The notes under the pieces are model-generated. The model made no database searches and was not told the DNA's origin. It saw nothing but the letters and a program-made list of their open reading frames with translations. A stretch of DNA of 64,000 nt. Source: Trichoplax adhaerens. Its lineage: Eukaryota > Animalia > Placozoa. A program made the position numbers and the translations under genes. Where the stretch lies: NCBI RefSeq assembly GCF_000150275.1, contig NW_002060982.1, positions 7,683-71,682 on the forward strand, read 5' to 3'. Positions 13,129 through 25,300 of the stretch are shown piece by piece; the stretch's first letter is position 1, and each line of letters starts with the position of its first letter.

Positions 13129-15219
13129 ATTACGCACCGTAAAAATACTAAGTTGTAGTGCCTAAGTCTTACACTCCTTAGGTTCGCAATCGTTTGACAA
13201 GAAATTTATACATTACTTCTCAACGAGACGTTAACTTATAGTTACAAAATCGACAGCAGATATTTTGCTAACTAGCGGCAATGATTTAATAATCAACCAA
13301 TTATGTTATTACGACAAGTAAGTACATCGTAGCTATTTGGCTTCATGTCTGGTATAAATATAATTGGACACTCCTGCAATAAGTGAATTATGAACTATAA
13401 CTTGGCGAAATTAGTTACAGCTAGCTTAGATACTCTACAGAATTAAGATATTAATAGGCCATACGATCATAAATATGGTTCTAATGTTACGATTTAATAG
13501 TCAAGATCTGATTGCATTGCTAAAATATGTCTGCATTTAATAGAGTATATCTTACTTGGCCGCTATATTTTCAAAATTTTTCAATATTATAACACGGTAG
13601 AATATCGAGAAATCTTCATACGAATTTGGTAGAGCTAGAATTTTGAACTGAAACTTTATTGCTCTTAATCAGTTGGACAATTGAATAAAAAGAACGATTT
13701 ACTAGCCGCTTAATACAATTACTATAATTTAATAACAATTATAGTACACGAAAATGACAATTTGCCAATAATAATACCTATATACAAGTTAATTAATTCA
13801 TAGCAAGTGACAAAATATTTGTAAAGTGTAATTAGATAAATGTTTTAACTACAACCTCTACTATAGGTTTAAGTATAGCAAATTTTAATGCTTAATTAAG
13901 TGAATATGCTGCAATAATCAAAATAGAAATGTTATGGTGAGCTAATATAAAATAAACATAGAAGCCAGATTAAAATTACTACCAAAAATCTTATTCCATA
14001 ACATTAGAAACCCGAGATTCTAATCTACTAAATTGAAAAAGTTTAACATAAATGATATTTAGTAGCTAGATTTTAAATGTTGTTAACATATTAGGCAAAT
14101 TAAGTCATGGAATGAAATGATGCTAAAAAATTCTAATACTTCTGAAAATATTTGATGCGCTTTAGCACAGTCAGCAATATAAGGTAAAATTTAAAATGAA
14201 GTTGGTATATACCGACCATTTACAGCAGAACCAGTTATCAAAACATTTTCACGCTATTAATAAGTAGTACCAATTGCTGTGATCATTAGATCACGATTTC
14301 ATGATAAACAGTATCTATGATCATTCTAGAATCATAACAATAGCCTTGATCAGTATTTAACAAATAATAAATCTACAATAATCAAATTTTATTCTTGCCT
14401 TGTTAGTACCTAGAAGTGATTTCGAAATCGAGAACTAAAGGAAATATACAGCCGAGCATTGTTATTATGTCCATTTTTAATTATAGTGGAAGTCATAAAA
14501 ATTGATTTATTAGGATTATATCGTTTTATGTAGCTGATCAGAAATGACAATCACATTTGCCAAGGTTAAAAAGCTTCAGGATTTTAACATTCATGAGCCT
14601 TATAATCAGAAAAAATCAGACACCTAAGATAATACATGCAAAATATTGAAAGACATTTTGTAAAAGTATGTTGCCCTTGCTTTTACTTGTAATATTACAA
14701 TTACGATACCAGAATAACTGCTGATCTACTAAAATATCTGTTAAGAAAACGTATTTTTCGCTTGACTAAACAATGTTTATTTGATTCAGTGTTGCATATA
14801 AATGATGCATTCTAATGGTTAAAATTAATAAATTATAGACCTACACTAAAATATGCGAATAACTAATCAATAAGTGTACAGCAATAACTGAGTTCAAAAA
14901 TAAGTTATTCACAGTTTATTTCACGCTGACTTCATTATCTAGATGAGTACAATTACAGCTTTTTGCGACTTGAAATAAACAAAGAATCAATGAATCTAGA
15001 CCTTAAGAAATAATAGTTACAGCTGCTTGCCTTCAATCCAAGATCATTTAGCGATTTTATAGTCAATGAAAGCATGGACATGCTACTTTTGTGCTTTCAT
15101 TAACATTAAATAAATTAAATTTATCTATATTGTTAGCAAAAGCTCTCATATAACTTAATTTCAAATTATCCTGACTATTTTGATAAGGCAATACCAAAAC
15201 GTGAAATAACGAGACACTT

Positions 15220-16245
15220 TTAGGAAGGTAAAGAGTTCACTTTAATATGACAGTCGTTGCTTTCGGTGTTTTCTTTTTCGATAAATGTGGTTACAAGCGT
15301 TTGATGACTGCAAAAGGAAATTATTTTTCTAGACCATTTTGCTGCCAACTTCTTATATTCTTTTCGTAATATTTCATTAGTAAAGGCATATATTAGCGGA
15401 TTTACAACGGAATTGCAATAAAGTAATACTAACGCAATCATTTCTACGTATTGGTTAATTTTTATGGCCTTATTATGAGCAAGAAATGATATCACACTCA
15501 TAGTTCCACTCAAAGTTACTGGTAGCCAACACAGAATATTTGTACCCAAAATTAAACATGTTGTTTTAATAGATTTTTTGATGCTACTACAATGAGCAAT
15601 GCGAGATCTTGACTTACTATAAGCTACATAGAAAATGATAGAATAACAGCTAATGACTGTACTGACAATAATAACTGTAAGCACCGCTGCAATTACAAGA
15701 AGGATATAGTTTTCACTGGATGCCGTTAATGACAACCAACAAAAATTTTTTAATTGATATTTACCGAAGCCGCGCAAAGATATTGGCAATAAAGGTAGTA
15801 AAGCGGCAATGATAGATGAAATACAGCAAGAAGTTATAATGATAGCATATCGTCGAATACTTGAATTTGCTAAGTAGTGGTAAGGAAATACGACAGCATA
15901 GCATCGATCTAAGGCGATAGTCGTGGATAAAAGTAATGCCATACCATTGCAAAATGAGGCAATGAAACCTTGAACTTGGCATATAGCATCGCCGTTCTGA
16001 TACCATAACGCTACTATTAAACATGGTATAGCTAGACTACCAGTGCATAAATCGGTAATATTTAAGCATGTTAGAAAACTATTTTGGATATTGCGTAAGC
16101 TTAACTTGCGAGAAATAACCATCAAATTAAATGAATTAAAAAACATTGACGCAATACAGACTGTCGTTAGAATTGGAATAAGAAACTTAAAGTCCGCATG
16201 AAGTAAAGGCTGAGCACTATAACTAAAATGCGAACCGTTGGCCAT
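15220..16245 (-). CDS. Rhodopsin-class GPCR, single coding exon, 341 aa (paralog)
   Basis: 7TM; DRC, CWLP, NPLIY; colinear similarity to the 6292 and 21330 ORFs. Confidence 0.95.
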   Translation of the reverse strand: MANGSHFSYSAQPLLHADFKFLIPILTTVCIASMFFNSFNLMVISRKLSLRNIQNSFLTCLNITDLCTGSLAIPCLIVALWYQNGDAICQVQGFIASFCNGMALLLSTTIALDRCYAVVFPYHYLANSSIRRYAIIITSCCISSIIAALLPLLPISLRGFGKYQLKNFCWLSLTASSENYILLVIAAVLTVIIVSTVISCYSIIFYVAYSKSRSRIAHCSSIKKSIKTTCLILGTNILCWLPVTLSGTMSVISFLAHNKAIKINQYVEMIALVLLYCNSVVNPLIYAFTNEILRKEYKKLAAKWSRKIISFCSHQTLVTTFIEKENTESNDCHIKVNSLPS

Positions 16246-17589
16246 ATTGGCTATTAAAGGAGATCAATTGAGTTATTACTTGTACTATTGCTTAGAGAAG
16301 TGAAGCCATTACTTTCTTTATTTAGTAGTTTACCTTTTATGTTACAAGCAGTTCGCAAAATATATTGGAAGAATTCGTCAGATAAATAATAGAAGATTAT
16401 GAAATAATGTTGGCAGACACTCTTAAATCCTGCTGACAGGGATTAATACTTCTTGCTGGCTATGGCAATTAATTTTTCGGCAGTCTTATATATTTCAAGA
16501 GATGTCAAAGCATTCAACTTTGCATAGAATAATTAATATCTATTTTCATTTCCATTAAGTGACGAAAATCAGCAAATATTCCACATGGGTAACTTGTTAA
16601 TATTCACGCTACTTCTTTCCTTGAAGAAGCAAATTATTGAAGTACTAAAGTAATAAAAATAGTTAATGTTTATCGATATAAATTGCAGTACATTGGTAAC
16701 TTAACTCCTATAACACAATTACCGAGCAGTAAATAAGAAAATAAAAAAAATTATCAAAGATAGGATAACAAGCATAGAATTCGGATGATGACATGCCTGT
16801 ATTTGCTGTTTTACTATTATTATTTCTATACTACTGAATAATGTAAGGTAATTTTGACTTAATTTTCACTTGTCATAAGAAATTATATAGTAATAGTTAT
16901 TGATATTAAACTGATCACCCAGTTATACAAACATCACTAGTCGTACAGCTATATTATTTTAGCCCCAAAGCTTTTTCGAGAAAAGTTCAGGATTACCTAT
17001 CGATGATATCTAATATTCTTCTGATGTAGAGCAAAAACAAATGGTTTCCTTTGGATTAATTGAGTCAGTGCTTGAAATGATGGAATGAACAACTTCGTGA
17101 AGGATCACGAACAGAATGTTCTACTAATAACTACTAAAGCGTACTTAGCATGAAATATTTCGGTTATAGTCTAACTTTGGAATATCTTTGGTATACAGTT
17201 TAAACAGAATTAAAATGCTATGAATTTATAAATTGCATAATTCGAAATTTTAGTTTTGCCTGCTTACCATGCGACAACAATAACGTCAATTCCACATACA
17301 GTATGCAGTATGTAGTAACTATGTTGAAAACATAATAACGCTTAGTTACCATTGATAAGGTATCGAAACTGAATACCGGTACTGAATACTATTTAAATTC
17401 CATCTTTGCTTTATTTTATAATAATTGAAGGCTATGATATAATATTGTCTTCTTTAAAGTATTGTATTTGCTATTATACTAGCTGAAATAAGGACAATTA
17501 AAAGTAAATTTCCACATCGATATCTAAAATCTAGGTCTAATAAGTTTATTATCTCAGCTCGGTAACCTTTACATTCTGGCTTTTATCGT

Positions 17590-17632
17590 TTTGATGATTT
17601 GATGATTTGATGATTTGATGATTTGATGATTT
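17590..17632. repeat. (TTTGATGA)5 octamer tandem repeat
   Basis: Five perfect copies. Confidence 0.95.
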
Positions 17633-19863
17633 TAGCCAGGTATTCTTTGCTGCTGAGAGAAATTTATGGGTAATATAATTACGATAGTGTCGAAGTGCTG
17701 CAATATCAAAGGTCTAAAATTTTAGCAGTAGACATAAGAATTGCTTATTAATAAGATAATTCACTACGTTACTGCATAGGGTCATGTAACATAAATAATG
17801 TGACTAAGCGGACAACAGTGACTTAATTGCTTTTTGAAAGAGTATTTAATTTACTATATTTGTAAATTTAAAAGTTGCTTAATTCCCTTTCGCTATTAGA
17901 AAGGGTGAAAATAAGGAATTAGATTTACATATTCAATCCATTACCTCATTCAAGGCTAAGACATCCTTAGATCTTTAGTATGAAAACGTTTCTATTAATT
18001 TCCATTAATTTAATAGTTTAATAATATCTGATAATATCTTAGCCCAGAATTCTTTTGGCTTAAATAAAAATATTAATTTCTTTTCATTTATATATTTATT
18101 AATTCTCATATTTGTTAAATCCATAATAGTAGCCTAGAAACTGCTTTCAATGGCAGTTAAATACAGGCATGTGTCTCCTCCAGGATCAAAAGTAGAGTCT
18201 TTCTATTATAAAAATTAGCCCATTTTCATATGTTCTAAAGTTGCTCATAAGAGACTACTAGAGAACATATGCACTAAATTTAATATTTTTAAACAAATTT
18301 ATCTTTCGTATATTTCTAGATTTAAACACCTATATCTTTGCACTATACGCTAAAATGCATTAGAGCATGTATACGACACGAGATTAATCGCGATAAGAGA
18401 GTGAACTAACTTTAGAGTTATCTTAAAAATTAGGTCTTAACTAAATCATTTGCCCTTATCATAAACGTATTAGCTGCACAATCCTAAATGTCACAACAAA
18501 TAAGTCATAAAATATCACTACACGCTGATGTAAGAGTGCTGCGACTATGTCGTAAAAGATATGAATTTGAAAGACAGTTTCAACAGCTTTTACAAGAAAG
18601 TCGCCTGGTTAACTAATGAGTTATGAGTAAATTTTGATGATTGACTAGTCCCTAGAAAGATGTTTTATCAATTTTCTTTATTCAAAGGATTAAGTCAAAA
18701 GATTGATGACGTCAAATACCCTAATCTTTATGTCTTCTCTAGCACAAAGTAGACATTTTCGAATTGTAGTCGATCTGATGATAGAACGTAGCAGTATGAT
18801 AATATAAAATTAGATTTAAAAGGGTGAGATATTTCATTATACGGATTACTGCGGAGATAAAGTGGTACAATTGTCTATAGGATCATAATTTCGCGGCCTT
18901 AATTTTCAAATTTCTTTCCAAAATTATTCTTGTCGATAGATAGTGACTTAATCACCTGTGATTCTGTAATCTTCGTAGTAAGTATTAATATCTTTATTCC
19001 TATTTTTTAATTATATAATCCATTTCCTATTCAGATCATTTAAGTTACTTCAGTTTCTATCACTATTGATAATACGCAGATCTGCATTGAAAAAACTGGA
19101 TAAAGTATTGTAGGTAAAGCTAAAATATATCGATATTATTGCACTATTGTTGGGCTATAAATAGCTGACTTAATACAAATGATTGATATGAATATCTTGC
19201 GTAACATCCATTTTTAAAATAATAGAATTAAAAAAAATTTTATAATAATGCCTCAAATAATATAAATCTCTCAATCTATATTTAAAACAGAATTCAATAA
19301 GAATAGACTTTTTACTCAAGCAAAAATGTAAAACAATAATCAGTGTCTTATGAGATCTATAAAAAGGACACATTAGCAAAGTAATTATCTAAATTTTTAC
19401 AAAGTATAATGATATTAGCTTACCGATATTTAATTGGAAATTTGACAGGCAACCAAAGTGTTGCCTTATATTTCATACTATTCCGGAAAATAGCTAAGCT
19501 AATATCGCATTTTACTGTATCAGTACTCGTCAAGTAGGGTAAGCTTACAGCGAAAGTAAACACTTTCGAACTTATATGCTATTTACTTTTTATTATACTC
19601 CTCACACCCAATGACAGTATTGTATGCATTCTTACAAGCTCTGAAGTTTAGCTAGACTCGAGAAAACCTCTTACTTTCTCAATATTTCTACTCTTTTATA
19701 TGCGTTTTAGCAGGTGACGTTTCATTTCTACTATATGCGTTGTAGCATACAGAATATTTTTTCTTTAATATATTTTGTAGCTTGTAATCTTCCCTTTTCT
19801 TATATGCGTCTTAGCCTAAAATATTACGATGGGCAGTAATGTAAGATATTTGTACAAGTCTAC

Positions 19864-20158
19864 CAGAGACTACTGTATAAAAAAGAAAGAAAAGAAAAGA
19901 GGAAAGTAAACCGATCGTAGACTATACTAAGAATGTGAAAGCCGATTATTTTTTTGGTCATTTCAATTGTATTGCATATCTGTGGTTGATATCTAAAACA
20001 GCTGCTAATATGCTGCTGAATTGGTAGTTTTGTAGTGTGATATACGGTTTCATCGGCACCGTATAGAAAATGACCGAAAAAATAAAAAGTTTCCATGTCA
20101 TTTGCACTGACGGCCGCTTTGCATTCGTCTTTCTTTCCTTTTTATACAGTAGTCACTG
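19864..20158. mobile_element. non-autonomous hAT-like MITE (295 bp)
   Basis: About 29-bp TIRs CAG(A/T)GACTACTGTATAAAAA(A/G)GAAAGAAA with 2 mismatches; 8-bp TSD AAGTCTAC / AAGTCTTC (7/8); CAG terminus plus 8-bp TSD is typical of hAT. Confidence 0.85.
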
Positions 20159-20608
20159 AAGTCTTCTAACTTCAAATACGGCTACAGTGTATAGCTGACG
20201 ATCATGTTTGACTACTAACTATAATAATATCTAGTATATGGCTAATTGTGGTAAACGTGTGTACATAAATGGGATCATAATATCTTATTCTATATGAAAC
20301 ATTAGAAATTCTATCAATTTGTTCTCCATCTTATAATCTTTCGCCGTCGATTACAGCTTTTATCTTCAAGAATAACTATATATAATTAACGACATCAGTA
20401 GTCCTTTCAAGGAATTTATGAAAATTTTCTATAACAGATTTAGCTCTAAATAAAGTTATGCCGATGGAATTCAAGCGTTGTCTTACAAACTTTAGATAAT
20501 ACAAGCAACTCTTTGATATTTAGGCTAATAAATATTTCTTATCCTAGCGCCGCCCTGCAAAAGTGAATATATATACTAACTATAATAGAAGTTATTTTTT
20601 AATATTAT

Positions 20609-20793
20609 TGTAGTGCAGCCCCAAATATGGCTAGGATTGTGATTGTAAGACTGTACGAAAGCAGTAGTACTCGTATGTTATATTGAAGATAGATAGTTCT
20701 TGGTAGTTGTAAGACGAAGCTAATCTATGTAATAAAGTGAAGTTTACAAGAAACCAAAGTTTGTTTTATTAATAAGAAGATCACTTTATCTTA
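20609..20793 (+). mobile_element. internally deleted solo LTR, same family as 9948-10364
   Basis: Shares the 5' end TGTAGTGCAGCCC(C)AAATAT(A/G)GCT, the internal CTTGGTAG..AAGACG..TGTAATAAAGTGA and the 3' CACTTTAT with the reverse complement of 9948-10364; degenerate TSD ATTAT/ATCAT. Confidence 0.7.
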
Positions 20794-21329
20794 ATCATGG
20801 AACAGTATGCATCTAACAGTAGATTTTAATCTTTAGATCTGTACAACATAATAGCAAATGCTAATTGTCTATTTGTAGAAACGAGGTAGAAGTTTTTATT
20901 AAGTTATTGAAACTAAACATATTTTATCTTTACTATAATTAAGTAAAACTGGATTCAAAATATTACACCATCAATATTCGAGCTTTCCCATGAAATCCAT
21001 TTAGAGTCGACGTAGCTAGGATCTTACTTTATGTAAATACTATTTCTACAGAATCATTTCGTACGCTATTGTATACCAATAGATCAAACTTAACACACAA
21101 TCTTTATTGTATGCTCAAGAGGAAATCCTTTTAAGATTGATGTAGATTTCATTTTAATCTAACCAATTATTGTCCCACACTCCATAATTACGCTCGAATA
21201 TTACAAGATGTAACTCGATCGTGATACATTATCATTACGTATCTTTAAAGAAATCCAATCTAAGTTAACTTGGCTAAGATCAAGCTTTACTTAATTAATT
21301 TGAGTTTGAAAATGATAACTTAGTATTAA

Positions 21330-22355
21330 TTACATAGGCAATGAGTTCTCTTTAATATTAATCGTTATTACTCTCGATGTTTCCCTGTTCGGTAAAAAGG
21401 AAATAACTGCTTGATTGTGGCATACAGACATGATATTTGAATGTAACTTTAGTATTAATTTCTTATATTCTTTTCTTAATATTTCATTCGTGCCAGCGTA
21501 TATAAGTGGATTTGTAGCTGCATTTAAGTAGACTAATGTCAGCGCGATAACTTGGACATAAATACTTATTTTATATATCTTATTATAAAGTAGAAAATGT
21601 ACAGCACTAATGGTTCCAGATATCATTACAGGTAGCCAACAAATACCATTTGTACCCACAATTAGACTAGTAGTCCTAATGGACTTTTTAATACTACCGT
21701 AGCTGGCAAAATTAGATCTTGATTTAATGTAAGCTGTATAGAAAGTGATAGAATAACTACTTATAAATACGACGATAGTAACAATTGCATTAATAGCCGC
21801 CATTGTAATAGTGATATAATTTTCATTAGATACCGTTAACGAAATCCAGCATAAATTCTGTATTCGATATTTACCCAAACCGGGTAAAGGTTTTGGTAAC
21901 GAAGGAAGTAGAGCAAAAATTATGCTAATAATGCAAGCAGTAATGATGGCGATGTTATTACGTCGACTATCTACACTCGCTAAATACTGGTAAGGATAAG
22001 TTACAGCGTAGCACCGATCCAAAGCAATCGCACAGGATAAAAATGTTGCCATACCAGTGCAGAATGAAGCAAAGAAACCTTGGATTTGACATACTGCGTC
22101 GCCATCTTGATACCACAATGCTATGATCAAACATGGTATAGTAACAATACCAGTACATAAATCAGTTATATTTAAATACGTTAAAAAGCTTTTTCGGAAA
22201 TCGCGTAATCCTGGCTTTCGATAAATAATAATCAAATTGTAGAAATTACTAAATATCGCCACGACACTGATTATCATTAAAATTGGAATAAGGAACTTAA
22301 AGTTCATATGGAGTGGAGGTCGATAGCTATTATTCAAGTCCGATATATTATCCAT
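21330..22355 (-). CDS. Rhodopsin-class GPCR, single coding exon (likely start MDNIS at 22355; ORF extends to 22409)
   Basis: 7TM; DRC, CWLP, NPLIY; second Met aligns with the starts of the two paralogs. Confidence 0.93.
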   Translation of the reverse strand: MDNISDLNNSYRPPLHMNFKFLIPILMIISVVAIFSNFYNLIIIYRKPGLRDFRKSFLTYLNITDLCTGIVTIPCLIIALWYQDGDAVCQIQGFFASFCTGMATFLSCAIALDRCYAVTYPYQYLASVDSRRNNIAIITACIISIIFALLPSLPKPLPGLGKYRIQNLCWISLTVSNENYITITMAAINAIVTIVVFISSYSITFYTAYIKSRSNFASYGSIKKSIRTTSLIVGTNGICWLPVMISGTISAVHFLLYNKIYKISIYVQVIALTLVYLNAATNPLIYAGTNEILRKEYKKLILKLHSNIMSVCHNQAVISFLPNRETSRVITINIKENSLPM

Positions 22356-25300
22356 GCCTAATAATTCTTTGTCTGTGCAAATTGAAAATACACGAGTATA
22401 TATATACATATATAGATTAATATATCTTTATGTTCAGCCTTTGATTTTATTCATCAGATGCAGTAAAATCCAGGTAGAGAGAAATTGCATGCTTATATTA
22501 AGCTATGCCGGATAGTTTTATAATAGCTTTAAATATTTAAACACTTTCAAACCATGAAGTATGGATAGTTTATTATTAGCTAAATAATTAATTGATATAC
22601 TAGTCGTATGAAGCTGGAGAGAATCAATAAAAGAGACTCTATTGCCTTAAGATTATCGGACCAAATTCTAATTCTATGATAGACGAAGAACAAGAACGTA
22701 TATTAAACACTTTTTATGTAACTATAAAATCCGTTTATACTGACAGCTAATATTTTTGAAGCTCGATTGCTATAAACATGGCATCAAAGAACAACCATTG
22801 CTTCGAACCTTTCAAATTCTTGTTTTTCACTGTCACATATTGTTAAATACAACTGTTGTATAAACTTTTAAATCAACAATATTACTAGCTCGATATTAAC
22901 TCTTTTCGTAATCTTTAATTATTGTACAGTACCTGCAACAAAAGGCATAAAGTAGATAAATTTTTAGATGCACAATAGTAGGCCATACAATTAAAAATTA
23001 TTCTGTCGTAAGGCCTTACCAAAGTAAAATTCTATTTAATAATCTATAATGATACCTAGAATAGTAGATCAATAAATGTATAACTTCACTTGTAGTACCT
23101 AAATTTCAATCATTACATGACGTAAATCCATTATACGTAATTAATTATATGTAGTATATATATATATATATAATATTATCCATTGATGATATTCAAATGG
23201 TGCATATTAATTAATATTTAACTTAAGTCGTAATAACATTAAATAATTTGGAAAATGATTGATTCATGCAGTAACCAATAATGATGGTCGTTTATCAGTC
23301 TCAAGAAAGATTGAAAGTGTAGGTACATTTAGTAAGCAATTTCTAGAAAAATTTTTCTAGCAACGATCCAGTAATCTGGTAAGAGGCTAGATTACAGTTG
23401 TTTTAAAATCAGATTAGCATGACTTATACTTTTTTGATGCTCAGCAGAGTTGACATCTGTCATCAAAATAAATATAGGCCAGTAATTGGGGAAAGATCGA
23501 TTAGAAATAACTCAAGAAATCGATAGAATGCAATGTCAGTAAAAAGAGAGCACTTCTGATTGCTGTATCTCATTAAAGATCTTTAAGCCTTTGTGGTCTA
23601 TAACTGTACCATTAAGCTACAAAATTTCATACCACAAGTTGTCTACAACATATCTTCTTAGTACTAGTTATCGTTTTAACGGTTAGCTGTACGAATGGGT
23701 TAATTGATCATGACTGAACTACAACCGTATTAGCCTAGGGTCACTGTAGAAGTTAGCAGAGAGACCTAGTAAGGACTCTTTAGTCCTAGTTGCAAGGTGA
23801 GAAATTAGGTGTTACGCTAAGATAATTAATTTATCCGTTTGCGGTATTATGTTACTTGAAATCAAATAGTTTAACTATGATCGACCGCTAGAATTACACT
23901 TTGAAACTGTTCTTGGCTAAACAGTACCAAATCCTATGTTGATGTTTTATCCACTTTGCAATAGACAGTTTCCTGGTAGTATCAATTATATCGTGAACTA
24001 GCGGTTGGTTACTTTTTGAATAACACACTATCGATTTTGTCAGGTCATAATTAGTAAAGCTCAATATGACTTTAAAAAGCCTTGCTGTACTTGATTAATG
24101 CTTTCTTGGAAATAATTAAGAGTGGCTAATGCTATCTATTTGAGACTTGTGTCGATGAAACTTGAAATACTTTTCCTAACTCTATTTAAAGTCGATGTCT
24201 CCAGAGGATTAGGTAAATTTCAACGAACTATTGACTAGATACGAAATTCCATTTAGAGGACCACTGCAAAATAAGGGATAATGATTAAGAAATATCAGGC
24301 TCGGGGCATCGTTAATATCCTAAATGCATAGTAGCAAAGTTCGCCTTCGAAAATCATAAATAGGAAGAAGTTATATTTAATTAAGAAATCTTGAAGTAAT
24401 TGAGCAACGATTTCATTTGTAACACATGTGTGAAAAACTTACATTTGCTAGCCATTTAATCATTAAAAGTTTAAAAATTAAAAATGATGCGAATTGAATA
24501 GTACAATATCTATATCGTCAAAATTGCGAATGCCTGATGATTAGTATTGAAGACCGAATATCGTAGTAATCATTATAATTATTAATAGATGGAGAAATCA
24601 ATTTAGAGATTTCGGATCAGTTTTGAAGATATAATTACATCTTATGATTAATTAATACTGTTTACAAATTGGTGAACATTAGAATATTAGACTGACTTAG
24701 TGCAGAAGCTACTAGTAATATAGCAACGATCAATCAAAAAATCATATTATCATTTTACTGTATCTCATAAGAGCATCGGTTCAATCGTTACACGCTAATA
24801 AAAAATTTACGTAAATACTCGTGAGTCTCGGCAATCAGCATGCAGTAGAATCAGCATTTTAATAGTGAATAACAAACTAGAAATTCATTATGAGATCTTC
24901 TCTGTTTTGTTGCAAATACATGTATAATAGATTATAACAATAACGATATTGGCAACCGATATATGGCACTCTCTACTGTTTGTACACTATTAGAATCAAA
25001 GAATCTTGGTCTTTTCAGTTTATTTCAGAGTAAACTCAAGAGTTTTAATAATATCAGAAATTTATTTGTATTAAACAGTTCCCCTTTATCTTAATTATTT
25101 ATTTTATGCTAGATCTCCAGGCTCATAGTAGTAATTAGAAGGGAAATTTAATTTAATTAACAAAGTATTGCATGATGCAAAGGGTAAAACATTTCATTCT
25201 ATATTCTATACCTGTTCATAATTAATTTTAACTCAAAGTTAGAGACAAATCACTTATTTATTAGCATATTTTAATAAATTAGCGAACAGTCTAAAGAATT

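Noticed and set aside
19860-20096. 78-aa minus-strand ORF
   Set aside because: Lies within the MITE; low-complexity sequence with no transposase motifs
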